Shown here one piece after another: positions 27,268 to 35,594 of a stretch of DNA of 43,075 nucleotides. The first letter of the stretch is position 1. Each line of letters starts with the position of its first letter. The notes beneath the pieces are model-generated. The model worked only from the letters and a program-made list of their open reading frames with translations. It was not told where the DNA came from and made no database searches. Both the position numbers and the translations under genes were made by a program. The DNA lies in the IMG/VR virus record IMGVR_UViG_3300049924_000347, positions 1 through 43,075 of that record, one strand, 5' to 3'. The DNA is from a virus (Duplodnaviria; Caudoviricetes).

Positions 27268-27447
27268 ATGAAAATACAAAAATGGCTTTGCCATACCCTG
27301 ATGGGAATAGCTGGTGGCCTGACCGGGCTGTGGCTATGGAGCGATGCACTTGCCGGGAATGCATCCCTTGGATGGATCTCACTGTGGGCTAATCTCTTGG
27401 CCGTCTGGGCTTGCTGGTTGCATGATAAGCAAATGGAGGGGAGATGA
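27268..27447 (+). CDS. small two-TM membrane protein (59 aa)
   Basis: MKIQKWLCHTLMGIAGGLTGLWLW...; follows the plus-strand promoter. Confidence 0.6.
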   Translation: MKIQKWLCHTLMGIAGGLTGLWLWSDALAGNASLGWISLWANLLAVWACWLHDKQMEGR

Positions 27448-27596
27448 ACGCCAATCTATTAGCCTCGGTCTTGCTGTTTTGCCTTGCCTTCCTAGGGATT
27501 GCGGCGGCAATTGCCACCGGCTCTTTCATGCTGGGCTTGCTGGCAGCGGGCTTGCTGGTGTGCGCGGTGGATTATCTTACCCGGCACGACGGGTGA
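27444..27596 (+). CDS. small two-TM membrane protein (50 aa; not in ORF track)
   Basis: MNANLLASVLLFCLAFLGIAAAIATGSFMLGLLAAGLLVCAVDYLTRHDG; ATGA-coupled. Confidence 0.6.
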   Translation: MNANLLASVLLFCLAFLGIAAAIATGSFMLGLLAAGLLVCAVDYLTRHDG

Positions 27597-27600
27597 CGGG

Positions 27601-29310
27601 CTACCACAGATTGTCCACCTCGGCCTGAGCGGTCCCCATCTTGAAGCCGCGGCCCTCGTACTGTTGGATCGGGGCAAGCTGCAGCTCGCATTCCCCCCGT
27701 ACGGTGATCGTGACCTGTGTCACCGTGCAGATGAGATTGATCATCGGCTGGGTGTCGCTTACCACATACAGCTTGTCCCCGCAGGTGATCGGCAAAGCCA
27801 TTTGCGGGATCATTTTGACCGTGATCGTGTGCTGTCGCTGGCTGTACTTGCGGGAGTAGGTCAATGCGAGCCACAGGGCGCGGTAGTAGCTTACGCTAGC
27901 TTTGTACGAAGGCATGGTCAGCGTCCTATCGTTGGGTATATAGCCGTCACTTAGCCGAATATCCACCTCGTGCGAGGCTGCGTAGGCGTTGCCATCCATG
28001 GCATATTGCAGGGTCAGGAAATTCCACGTCTCCCCCCGGGCTATCTTTAGGTCGGTGATTGATTCGTTTGTCTTGATTTCCCAGATGTCGCCGCCGTCAA
28101 GGTAAGGGCTGCTAACGGATATCAGGCCGTCCCGGCGCATGATCAGGGTGGCCCCGATGTGATCTAATGCCTGCTGAGCCAATTCGAGGCAATTGACCGG
28201 GGTTTGCCGGGTGCTTTCCCCTCGCTTCATGTTCCACGCCGCATTGTCCGGGTTCGTGGCGGTCAGGAAAATTTGGTAGGTCTGGAACCGCCTCTCCAGT
28301 GCGTCCCATCCTGCTATATCCATCAGCACCTGCCCGGTCTGTCCGGGGCGGTCGCCCCAGTTCTGGAGAAGGGCTTTCTCAATGAAATTGCGGGCAATCG
28401 TCACCGGATTCCCGGCGTAGGTCACATTGATCGTGATCGTGATCGTCACCCCAAGGCCTTGCTTCGATGTCCACGAGGTCTTAGGGATGAACAGCGCGGG
28501 CGTGTCTATGTCCTCGTCCAGCCCGGCCTTGAATGATTGGTTGTCCGGGTGTAATATGGTTAGGGTGGTGCTGTCAATGAATGAGATGACGTATACGCCG
28601 GGCTTGGCCTTGTTCTTCACGCCGAATGTCCGCAGGTCAATTTGTGCAGGGTTTGAGTTCGCGTAGGTAGGCACGGCCTCCCCGTTGCCATTCCAGGAGA
28701 AGATGCCGTGCAGCGCACAGAACTCCCCGTAGGTCGTGGTGACTTCCCGCGCTTTCATGGGAAGCTCGTTGGAATAGGCGTAGAACGATTGGTCGCCGCC
28801 AATCTGGGCAAAGTCCTCGTAATAGACTGGGGAGCGCGCCGCGTCCCATACCGCATCCATCACCGTGAAGATGGTGAGCCCGCGCTCCTCCGCTGGAGGT
28901 CCCACAACGCGGCCCTTGTACAGCATCAAATTGGGCACCGCGCCCGCGTCTATTACCGCCTCGATCGTGACCGTGGCCTGGTCGATGTTCGCGAGCCTGA
29001 CCATTCCACCGGTTTGGAGGCACGCGATATAGCCGTCGGTGTTGATGATCTCCAGCTCTATCTCGCTGGCTTGGAAGGAGGTGGAACCCGGCCAAATGGG
29101 AATTGACTGGGTTATGCTGGGTAGGTTTGCGAGGCGGTCTGAGAGGTCAAGCGTATGATTCACCCACTGCCCGGCGAAGACTGGCACGCCGTAGGTAAAG
29201 TGATCCACGGCTAATACCGTGGCTGTCATGGTCACTTTCAGGCCTATCCTAGGCGCGTTGCCTTGGGCTAACGCGGCCTTCTGGGCGGCTGGGAGTGCAT
29301 AGACGTGCAT
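27601..29310 (-). CDS. tail tip/hub protein
   Basis: 569 aa; LYKGRV, GNPVTI, LIMRRDGLISV and ITCGDKLYV patterns typical of siphovirus tail-tip proteins. Confidence 0.6.
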   Translation of the reverse strand: MHVYALPAAQKAALAQGNAPRIGLKVTMTATVLAVDHFTYGVPVFAGQWVNHTLDLSDRLANLPSITQSIPIWPGSTSFQASEIELEIINTDGYIACLQTGGMVRLANIDQATVTIEAVIDAGAVPNLMLYKGRVVGPPAEERGLTIFTVMDAVWDAARSPVYYEDFAQIGGDQSFYAYSNELPMKAREVTTTYGEFCALHGIFSWNGNGEAVPTYANSNPAQIDLRTFGVKNKAKPGVYVISFIDSTTLTILHPDNQSFKAGLDEDIDTPALFIPKTSWTSKQGLGVTITITINVTYAGNPVTIARNFIEKALLQNWGDRPGQTGQVLMDIAGWDALERRFQTYQIFLTATNPDNAAWNMKRGESTRQTPVNCLELAQQALDHIGATLIMRRDGLISVSSPYLDGGDIWEIKTNESITDLKIARGETWNFLTLQYAMDGNAYAASHEVDIRLSDGYIPNDRTLTMPSYKASVSYYRALWLALTYSRKYSQRQHTITVKMIPQMALPITCGDKLYVVSDTQPMINLICTVTQVTITVRGECELQLAPIQQYEGRGFKMGTAQAEVDNLW

Positions 29311-29319
29311 TCGCCAAAT

Positions 29320-30376
29320 TTAGCGGATTTTGCACAGCCATTGCTCCCATATTCTGGAAGCTATCTGGGCGATCATCACCGGGGGGACGCTCATTCCGGC
29401 GATATAGTCGGCCTTCAGGCCTGACAGATTGTAATCAAGGGGGAAAGTTGAGGCAAGCAACACCTCCCGGGCGGTTAAATAGCGGGGCTGCTCCGGGTCA
29501 AAATACTTCGGTTTTGCCATGATCGTGAACAAGACCTGCCCGATGTCGGCTTTCCTCATGCTGTTCCATTTTCCCTCCGGGTGTATTGTGCTGAACTGCC
29601 GACCGGGCGGGGTTTCCCTCCAATACTTGGAAGTCAGGCGGCCAAGCGGGCGGTATTCGCCAGGGCTCTCCCGAATCTCCCCGTAATTAATCGGCGGCTC
29701 GCTGAACTCCATGTCTATCCTGGGCGCGCTGGTGAACAAATCCACTGTCTGGAGTAGCGGCGCGGCCAAGTCGTTGCGGAGGCCAAGGAAAAACACCCGC
29801 TCCCGGCGTTGGGGGACACCCATTCGGGACGCATCCAACAGCACCGCCTGGTGCGTTGTACCCCGCCGCTTCCATCTCCGACAGGATGCGAATGTAGTAC
29901 GCCCGGGCGGGGCCCATCATGATCCCTTTGACGTTTTCCGCAACGATTACCTTGGGCTGCAGCCGTCCCGCAAGCTCTATGAAGTCAAAAAACAGGGTGT
30001 CAAGCACCTGCTCCGCCTGTCCCTCGGTGAATTTGCGGGCCTTTCCCCAATCCTTTTCCCGCTTGCCGGCTATGCTGAACGTGGAACACGGCGGGGAGCC
30101 GTCTAATATATCGAGATGGTACAGCTCCGGTGGCAAATCCTGCCGGGCCTTGAACGTCTGGATGGGTTCGGTATAGGCGTATTTTGGCGCGTTGTTGGCC
30201 ACATAGGCGCGCATCATGCGCGGGTCAATTTCATTGCATCCGATTACGTCAAAGCCCGCCAATTTGTAGCCCAAGGTGGAGCCGCCTCCCCCTGAAAAGC
30301 AGGAAAAAACCGTGCCTTTGTTTTTGGTGAATTGGGCGTCCCTGAGTGTCCAGAGGTGTGGGAAGCGGTGTTTCAT
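29320..30376 (-). pseudogene. second DNA (cytosine-5) methyltransferase with a +1 frameshift near 29851
   Basis: Motifs I-VII in 29687..30376 and VIII-X in 29320..29844; removing one base gives GYNAQAVLLDASRMGVPQRRER, colinear with the 15487 paralogue. Confidence 0.85.
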
Positions 30377-30600
30377 GCTTCGATTTCAAGCACGCGGGCT
30401 GCCATGTCCCAAGCTGCGCTGCTTTGATCCAAATCAAAAAACAGGGTGAAAAACTTGCCGGTTTCTGGATAGCCAAACAAAACACTGCCGGTGCGCCAAA
30501 CCAAGTCCATTACACCGTCCTTGGTGCTGATGATGTCCACGCCCCTGATCGTCTCCAGCTCGCGAAGCACTCTTTCTTTCAGTTCGATTCTCTTTTCCAT
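30373..30600 (-). CDS. hypothetical protein (distant relative of 11559/12334)
   Basis: First gene after P2; IELKERVL...VLFGYP...WDMAARVL. Confidence 0.65.
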   Translation of the reverse strand: MEKRIELKERVLRELETIRGVDIISTKDGVMDLVWRTGSVLFGYPETGKFFTLFFDLDQSSAAWDMAARVLEIEA

Positions 30601-30643
30601 TGTCTTACTACTTTGATGTTTTAGATGTTTTTAAACTACTCCA

Positions 30644-30728
30644 CAAATATACGGGGGTTTATTTGCTTTGTCAATAGATAGATGTGGATATTTTTGCCAC
30701 ATTCCCGTAAGTGATTGATTCACAGCAC
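30644..30728 (-). promoter_or_regulatory. Promoter module P2 with IHF-consensus box
   Basis: Minus TTGACAAAGCAAATAAACCCCCGTATATTTG; upstream AATCAATCACTTA matches WATCAANNNNTTR. Confidence 0.75.
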
Positions 30729-30805
30729 AATTATTTTCAAACAAGGAAGCCCGCCGAAGCGGGCAACCCTGCGAAGCATAAAAGCAAAGAGTTAGCGGGG
30801 CTAAA

Positions 30806-31195
30806 TTACGGATTCTGGAGGGGAATCTCCACGCATTGCATGACACCGTACACTTGGAAGGTGGTCAATTCACGCCTGGTCTGCTCGGAATGCTCCCCTA
30901 TAAAATAGGCAGTTGATCTGCTCCCCGATTCCACCCCATGCGAGTGCATTATTTGGGCCATTTGCTTTCGCATCGGCTCTTTCATCTCGTGGGAGTAGAA
31001 TCGCATCTGGCGGTCTCCAAAAATTGAATCCAGGAACACCGGGACGGAGATATCCAGTCCCGCCTCCTTGGCTTGGAAGGCTGGCATGAACCCGTGGCAT
31101 ACCGTCTCGCCCGGGTGGTTTTCATTGATCTTCTGGATTTCGGCTTTGACGGCCTCAAAATCATTAAGTTTTGGGGAAAAATGCAAACTGATCAT
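30806..31195 (-). CDS. hypothetical protein
   Basis: Operon ORF of 129 aa. Confidence 0.65.
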   Translation of the reverse strand: MISLHFSPKLNDFEAVKAEIQKINENHPGETVCHGFMPAFQAKEAGLDISVPVFLDSIFGDRQMRFYSHEMKEPMRKQMAQIMHSHGVESGSRSTAYFIGEHSEQTRRELTTFQVYGVMQCVEIPLQNP

Positions 31196-31200
31196 ATATT

Positions 31201-31587
31201 CTAGGTGTTAATTACTCCAGCAAACCCAGCTTCATTGGTGTACAGCAGCGAAAAATAATCCGCTTCGCTGTGGTTCCGGGCTACCGCCTCGGCTTCGGTG
31301 CTGGTGGCGGCCCGGATGATCTTACAGGCCTGTTTCAGGGTGTGGAACCTGCCGTTATCATACTCATACCCGACCTTCCACCATACGCCCGCGCCGGTGT
31401 CGATTGCGCTCTTTGCTCCCCAGCCCTGAATCATTTTGATGAACTCCCCGGGCTGCATTATCTTGAGTAGCGCGGCCTCCACGTCTCCGAATTTCACGGC
31501 CTTCACAAGCCATTCGTATCTTTTCAGGGTGCCTTCCGCTGCCACCGTGACGGTGTATAGCCGGGGTTTTGGTTCTGTTTTTTCCAT
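31201..31587 (-). CDS. DUF4494-like protein (copy 3)
   Basis: YEWLVKAVKFGDVEAAL...WWKV...IIRAATSTEAE. Confidence 0.6.
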   Translation of the reverse strand: MEKTEPKPRLYTVTVAAEGTLKRYEWLVKAVKFGDVEAALLKIMQPGEFIKMIQGWGAKSAIDTGAGVWWKVGYEYDNGRFHTLKQACKIIRAATSTEAEAVARNHSEADYFSLLYTNEAGFAGVINT

Positions 31588-31756
31588 CTCATGTAAAGAT
31601 TTTGAGGTTTTCTTTACACGTTTCCAGAACGTGTAAAATTTTGATACCCGTGCGGGCGGGGGTTCACCTCCCCCGCCCTGATTACGGATAAAGAACGCTA
31701 GTAATGTCCAAGTCAAATCAAAAAGACAATGCAAATATAAGCTGGCTGGCGGGAGT

Positions 31757-31999
31757 TCAGGAGAACCTCAAGTCATAAATTGCCCCCTCAGTCAGTTTCC
31801 TGCCGTTCAGTGCTGCCCGGAACCGGCGGCCTTCGTTGAAGGCATACTCGCGCCCGTCGGTAGCCTTGAAAATCTGGTATATCAAATTCCCGCCCCGCGT
31901 TTTTGCCTTTTTGCAGCGGCCAACATAGGTTAATTGGCTGTATCCTATGCCCGGGGGGCAGTTCAGGACGATCATTTTGTGGTTGTACTCGATTCCCAT
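31757..31999 (-). CDS. hypothetical protein
   Basis: ATG 31999 follows the promoter at 32026. Confidence 0.55.
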   Translation of the reverse strand: MGIEYNHKMIVLNCPPGIGYSQLTYVGRCKKAKTRGGNLIYQIFKATDGREYAFNEGRRFRAALNGRKLTEGAIYDLRFS

Positions 32000-32025
32000 A
32001 CTGTTTTCTATTAATGATGATGATG

Positions 32026-32056
32026 CAAATATAAGCACTCTTTTTGACTTTGCAAT
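32026..32056 (-). promoter_or_regulatory. Bacteroidota-type promoter
   Basis: Minus strand TTGCAAAGTCAAAAAGAGTGCTTATATTTG. Confidence 0.6.
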
Positions 32057-32105
32057 AGGTAAAAGCAAAAAAAGGGAAAGTTTTTTAGGCTTTCCCGGGT
32101 GGTGG

Positions 32106-32708
32106 TTAGGGTCGGTAGAATTTCACCTGCATTGAGATGATCCCATCCCAATAGAGGTTGCTCCCAGAATCGGCTACCTGCGAGCCCCCCAAAGGTGCCA
32201 ATTTACGCACTTTCAGCTGAATCTTGGCCTCCCTGACAAAATTACCCGTGTTGGGCAATGCAAGCGCGCCGATGACGTCGAACACGCGCTCAGTCAGGGA
32301 TCCTGCAATGGCAACGTAGCCCGCTCCGTAGGCTAGCGACTGGTCAACTGTCAGCCCCCCGACCGTTTGCAGGAGATTGACGGAGAACTCGTGGTTAACA
32401 TTGAGCCACTTCCCATATACACACAGCGTATAGTGGGTGAAAACGTTCGGGTATTCTATCAAATACTCCACGGTCTTCTCCGTGGAATGGGTGAACGTCC
32501 TGCCATGGTCGCCACATAGGGGGAGCATCCTGCCCCCGACGTTGGATGAATTGGCCGTAAGGGCCACCCATCCCGCCGCCTCCGAAGCCCGTACGTAGTT
32601 GTACATATCGTTAAAAGACGACTTCGGGCGGCGTTCCCCGCCGTTCAGCACGTCCCCCATCTCGGGCGGGACGATCGGAAAATAGGTCTTGCTCAATGAT
32701 CTTGCCAT
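32106..32708 (-). CDS. putative tail fibre/receptor-binding protein
   Basis: N-terminal GDVL...FNDM motif shared with neighbours; beta-rich. Confidence 0.45.
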   Translation of the reverse strand: MARSLSKTYFPIVPPEMGDVLNGGERRPKSSFNDMYNYVRASEAAGWVALTANSSNVGGRMLPLCGDHGRTFTHSTEKTVEYLIEYPNVFTHYTLCVYGKWLNVNHEFSVNLLQTVGGLTVDQSLAYGAGYVAIAGSLTERVFDVIGALALPNTGNFVREAKIQLKVRKLAPLGGSQVADSGSNLYWDGIISMQVKFYRP

Positions 32709-32711
32709 GGC

Positions 32712-33572
32712 TCAGATGGGTTGGTGGGTATAGAATTGAAGGTCAAGGAGCCCGTCGCAGGTCACATCGAACCCTGCAATATTGTCGAGTTCCGGATATA
32801 CCCGGGTCGTTGTACCGTCGGCTATCTCGGTAGCCGACCAGGGCCGCTCCTGCATTGGATGAAGCGGGTATTTCAAGATGAAATGCAGTGTCGCCGCGTT
32901 GGCGTGGTTCTGGCTGTAGTACAGGCTTGGATCGATCTGGCCAACGACAGTGATTTGTTTCACCCGGCCTTCCGGCTGCAATGCCATCCAATTGTTCACG
33001 TCGCCCGGCTCGGAGAACAGCGGCGCGGGAACCTTGGCCTCGTAATACTGGCGGTCGTAGTACCACCGCCCGATTTTCTGGACACCCAAGAGGTTCCCAT
33101 TCTCCCATCCCTTTAGCCACACCTCGAAATAACACGCCCGGCCTCCCTGCCCGGTCACGTCGTTCGTGTTATTGTGGAGGGCGAACGTCTCCCCCTGTAG
33201 TCGCACTGTCATTGTGAGGCTGTAATTATTCAGCTGTGGGATGATCTCGAAGCAGCCTACATTTTGCCACGCCTCCCCGACGTTGGGCGGGTATTGGCCC
33301 ACGCTATTAGTCATCCCCAGAAAAGGCTGCTCCACAAGCAACCGCCCCCCTGGGCCGTTCATATAGATGGGAAGGGCCTGGAGCGGGCATAGCCTGGTGT
33401 TGGCAGCCATACCCAGCTGCCCGAATTTACCAGCTATTTGGATGCTGTCCATCACCTCTCGGACGTCTGCAATTCCCAAGGTGTCGCCGTCCGCAAGCGG
33501 CTTAGCAGGCATATATGGGAAGTGGGGCAAGCGTCTCACATTCCGTCGTGTCAGGGGTAGTATTTGTTGCAT
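32712..33572 (-). CDS. putative tail fibre/receptor-binding protein
   Basis: N-terminal DGDTLGIADVREV; beta-rich. Confidence 0.45.
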   Translation of the reverse strand: MQQILPLTRRNVRRLPHFPYMPAKPLADGDTLGIADVREVMDSIQIAGKFGQLGMAANTRLCPLQALPIYMNGPGGRLLVEQPFLGMTNSVGQYPPNVGEAWQNVGCFEIIPQLNNYSLTMTVRLQGETFALHNNTNDVTGQGGRACYFEVWLKGWENGNLLGVQKIGRWYYDRQYYEAKVPAPLFSEPGDVNNWMALQPEGRVKQITVVGQIDPSLYYSQNHANAATLHFILKYPLHPMQERPWSATEIADGTTTRVYPELDNIAGFDVTCDGLLDLQFYTHQPI

Positions 33573-33573
33573 T

Positions 33574-34221
33574 TCAGCAGATTTTGGGGTCTCGAAAAAC
33601 GGTCAGGCATACGCGCCCGAACCCGGCGTAATGCTTGAATTGTGCAGCACCATCCACATAGGGAAGTTCTATCACCGTTCCGTTTATATTGCTGCCGTCT
33701 GGATTTGTGACCTCGAATGTCATCCGCAGGCACATTCCCGCAGTCACCCCGTAATTCCCGGACAGCGCGGGCGGGAAAGCCTTGATTACGTAGCCCAGAA
33801 CGGGGCCCTCCAGTGCTGGCGTGCTGCTGGTGTTAAATAACTCATAGTAATTGCCCCCGCGAGACAGCCCGACAGTCATCCTGCATATTGCCGGGTCAGT
33901 GCTTTGCATTTTCCGAACCATCGGGCGGCAATACTCGAACGAGAAGCAGTATTTATTGTAGCCGGGAGGCTTCTGGAATTTTACCGCCTTGCTTTTCCCG
34001 TACCACGAGATGATTTGCTCAAACGGAGCCATGCCACAGATAGGCCTAAAATACCCTAGGTTGTTGTCCTTGTAACCGCCCTCGTTGGCCACGGTCATCC
34101 CCCGTGCGTGGATGCTCCGGCACGCGGTCGTTATCGTATTCCAGTCCTGAGCATAGATGATGTCCCCGGCGTTCACGAGCGGTATGGTGCCGTAGGGGGT
34201 AACGTTCCTTAGATTAGCCAT
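33574..34221 (-). CDS. putative tail fibre/receptor-binding protein
   Basis: VNAGDIIYAQDWNTI resembles fibre-attachment N-termini; TAGTTTTG 4 nt before the ATG. Confidence 0.5.
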   Translation of the reverse strand: MANLRNVTPYGTIPLVNAGDIIYAQDWNTITTACRSIHARGMTVANEGGYKDNNLGYFRPICGMAPFEQIISWYGKSKAVKFQKPPGYNKYCFSFEYCRPMVRKMQSTDPAICRMTVGLSRGGNYYELFNTSSTPALEGPVLGYVIKAFPPALSGNYGVTAGMCLRMTFEVTNPDGSNINGTVIELPYVDGAAQFKHYAGFGRVCLTVFRDPKIC

Positions 34222-34237
34222 GCTGCAAAACTAACCA

Positions 34238-34280
34238 AAAAACAGGCGGGAGCCGCCGAAGCAACCCCCGCCTATTTTTG
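34238..34280. terminator. intrinsic terminator
   Basis: AAAAAC-AGGCGGG...CCCGCCT-ATTTTT hairpin. Confidence 0.6.
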
Positions 34281-34295
34281 TCCAAAATGGAATGA

Positions 34296-34523
34296 TCAAA
34301 TGTCGTCGATGATCTCAATGATGATGACGCCGCCCGGGTTAACCCCCCGCGCTGCAACGTCTTGGGCGGGCTGCTTCAGCGCGCTCGCGGGCGTTACCGT
34401 GATCTTTTGGCCGGGTTTGATGTGGACCTTAACGACCTCGCCAATCTTGATAGGATCGACAAGGAAATCCTGCGGGCTTTGGATTTTGACCGTCTGGGTG
34501 CCCTTTTTTACGATTACCTGCAT
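34296..34523 (-). CDS. hypothetical protein
   Basis: 75 aa, V/I-rich. Confidence 0.6.
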   Translation of the reverse strand: MQVIVKKGTQTVKIQSPQDFLVDPIKIGEVVKVHIKPGQKITVTPASALKQPAQDVAARGVNPGGVIIIEIIDDI

Positions 34524-34541
34524 ATTAGTATAATTAGTGGG

Positions 34542-34970
34542 TTACTTTGATTCGAGGCGCATGGTCAGTCGATCCAGGTCTGACCGGAGCTTTTCAATCT
34601 GTCCCTGTTGTGCGTCCATGATCTCCTGTATTTTGCTATAGAAAGTCTCAGCATCGCCTTCAAGTTTGTCGAATCTGGCCTCATTTCGCTTGTCAAAAGA
34701 GGCTCTGAACTTTTCCCTAGCCTCGCTTTCCCTTTGCCATTGCTGCTGCTGTAGCTTGAATTGCTCGTCCCGGAAGGCGCGATCGCCTGCTTCTCGCTTG
34801 TCGCGGTACTGTCGATCCTCGGCGTCTCGCCGATCTCGGTACTTAACGTAGCCACGGAGGCCAATTGCAGCGAAAACAACACCCAACGAGAGAAGAGCAA
34901 CCAAGAGGGCAACGAGATAGCCATAATCGGCGGGTGGGACGGGCAATTGAGGGAGCTGAGATACCTCCAT
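34542..34970 (-). CDS. single-TM coiled-coil protein (holin- or i-spanin-like)
   Basis: One TM helix followed by a highly charged coiled coil. Confidence 0.5.
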   Translation of the reverse strand: MEVSQLPQLPVPPADYGYLVALLVALLSLGVVFAAIGLRGYVKYRDRRDAEDRQYRDKREAGDRAFRDEQFKLQQQQWQRESEAREKFRASFDKRNEARFDKLEGDAETFYSKIQEIMDAQQGQIEKLRSDLDRLTMRLESK

Positions 34971-35030
34971 ATCGAATTAGACTGTTGATCCATAGGCCAA
35001 AATTAACACGCGTTAGCCTGAACAAAGATA

Positions 35031-35064
35031 AGAAAAAACCCCGGGGTGCAGATACCCCGGGGCC
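35031..35064 (-). terminator. intrinsic terminator
   Basis: CCCCGGGGT-gcagat-ACCCCGGGG with an A-run on its left on the plus strand. Confidence 0.7.
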
Positions 35065-35095
35065 AAACATCAAATAACAGACGAAAACAGTAGTA

Positions 35096-35581
35096 TTAAC
35101 AAAAGTAGCGAATCAAGGCCAATAAAATAAGGGCTGCGGCCTCCAGCCGGAACACGCGCTCGGCCACCCATACATGATTGGATTTGATTTGCTGCGGTGT
35201 GGCATTGAATCTGATGATCGTAAGCAGGTCTTCGATCAATCTTTCCTGAATCTTGTCCCGAGTGAACGGTCCGGAATGCTTTTTGTCAATAAACCTCTCG
35301 TCCGGGCAAGCAAACATCCTGCCCCGCAATGCCTCCCAGCAGCGATAGGCGGCGGCAATGAAGCCGACAAAAACAACCACGCACGCCGCCTTCCCGTACC
35401 AAGGCCACCCGGAACCCATCCACAGTGCGGCAATTGCCCCTGCAATGCTCAACACTTGGTAATAGACGGCCTTCCAATGCACTGTTTTAGTAGTGTCCTG
35501 CCTGTCCAGAATCACCCTGTCAAGGTAATCGATAGCGGCTCTGCGCGCCTCTGAATCGGTGAAATTTTCTTCTTTTTTCAT
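35096..35581 (-). CDS. three-TM membrane protein (PycTM-like topology)
   Basis: Two N-terminal TMs, a soluble loop with N......K and a C-terminal TM. Confidence 0.5.
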   Translation of the reverse strand: MKKEENFTDSEARRAAIDYLDRVILDRQDTTKTVHWKAVYYQVLSIAGAIAALWMGSGWPWYGKAACVVVFVGFIAAAYRCWEALRGRMFACPDERFIDKKHSGPFTRDKIQERLIEDLLTIIRFNATPQQIKSNHVWVAERVFRLEAAALILLALIRYFC

Positions 35582-35594
35582 AGTATTAAGTCAA

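Noticed and set aside
29320-30376. Naturally split two-subunit methyltransferase (M.AquI-like)
   Set aside because: The break lies inside the catalytic core before motif VIII and is repaired by removing a single base
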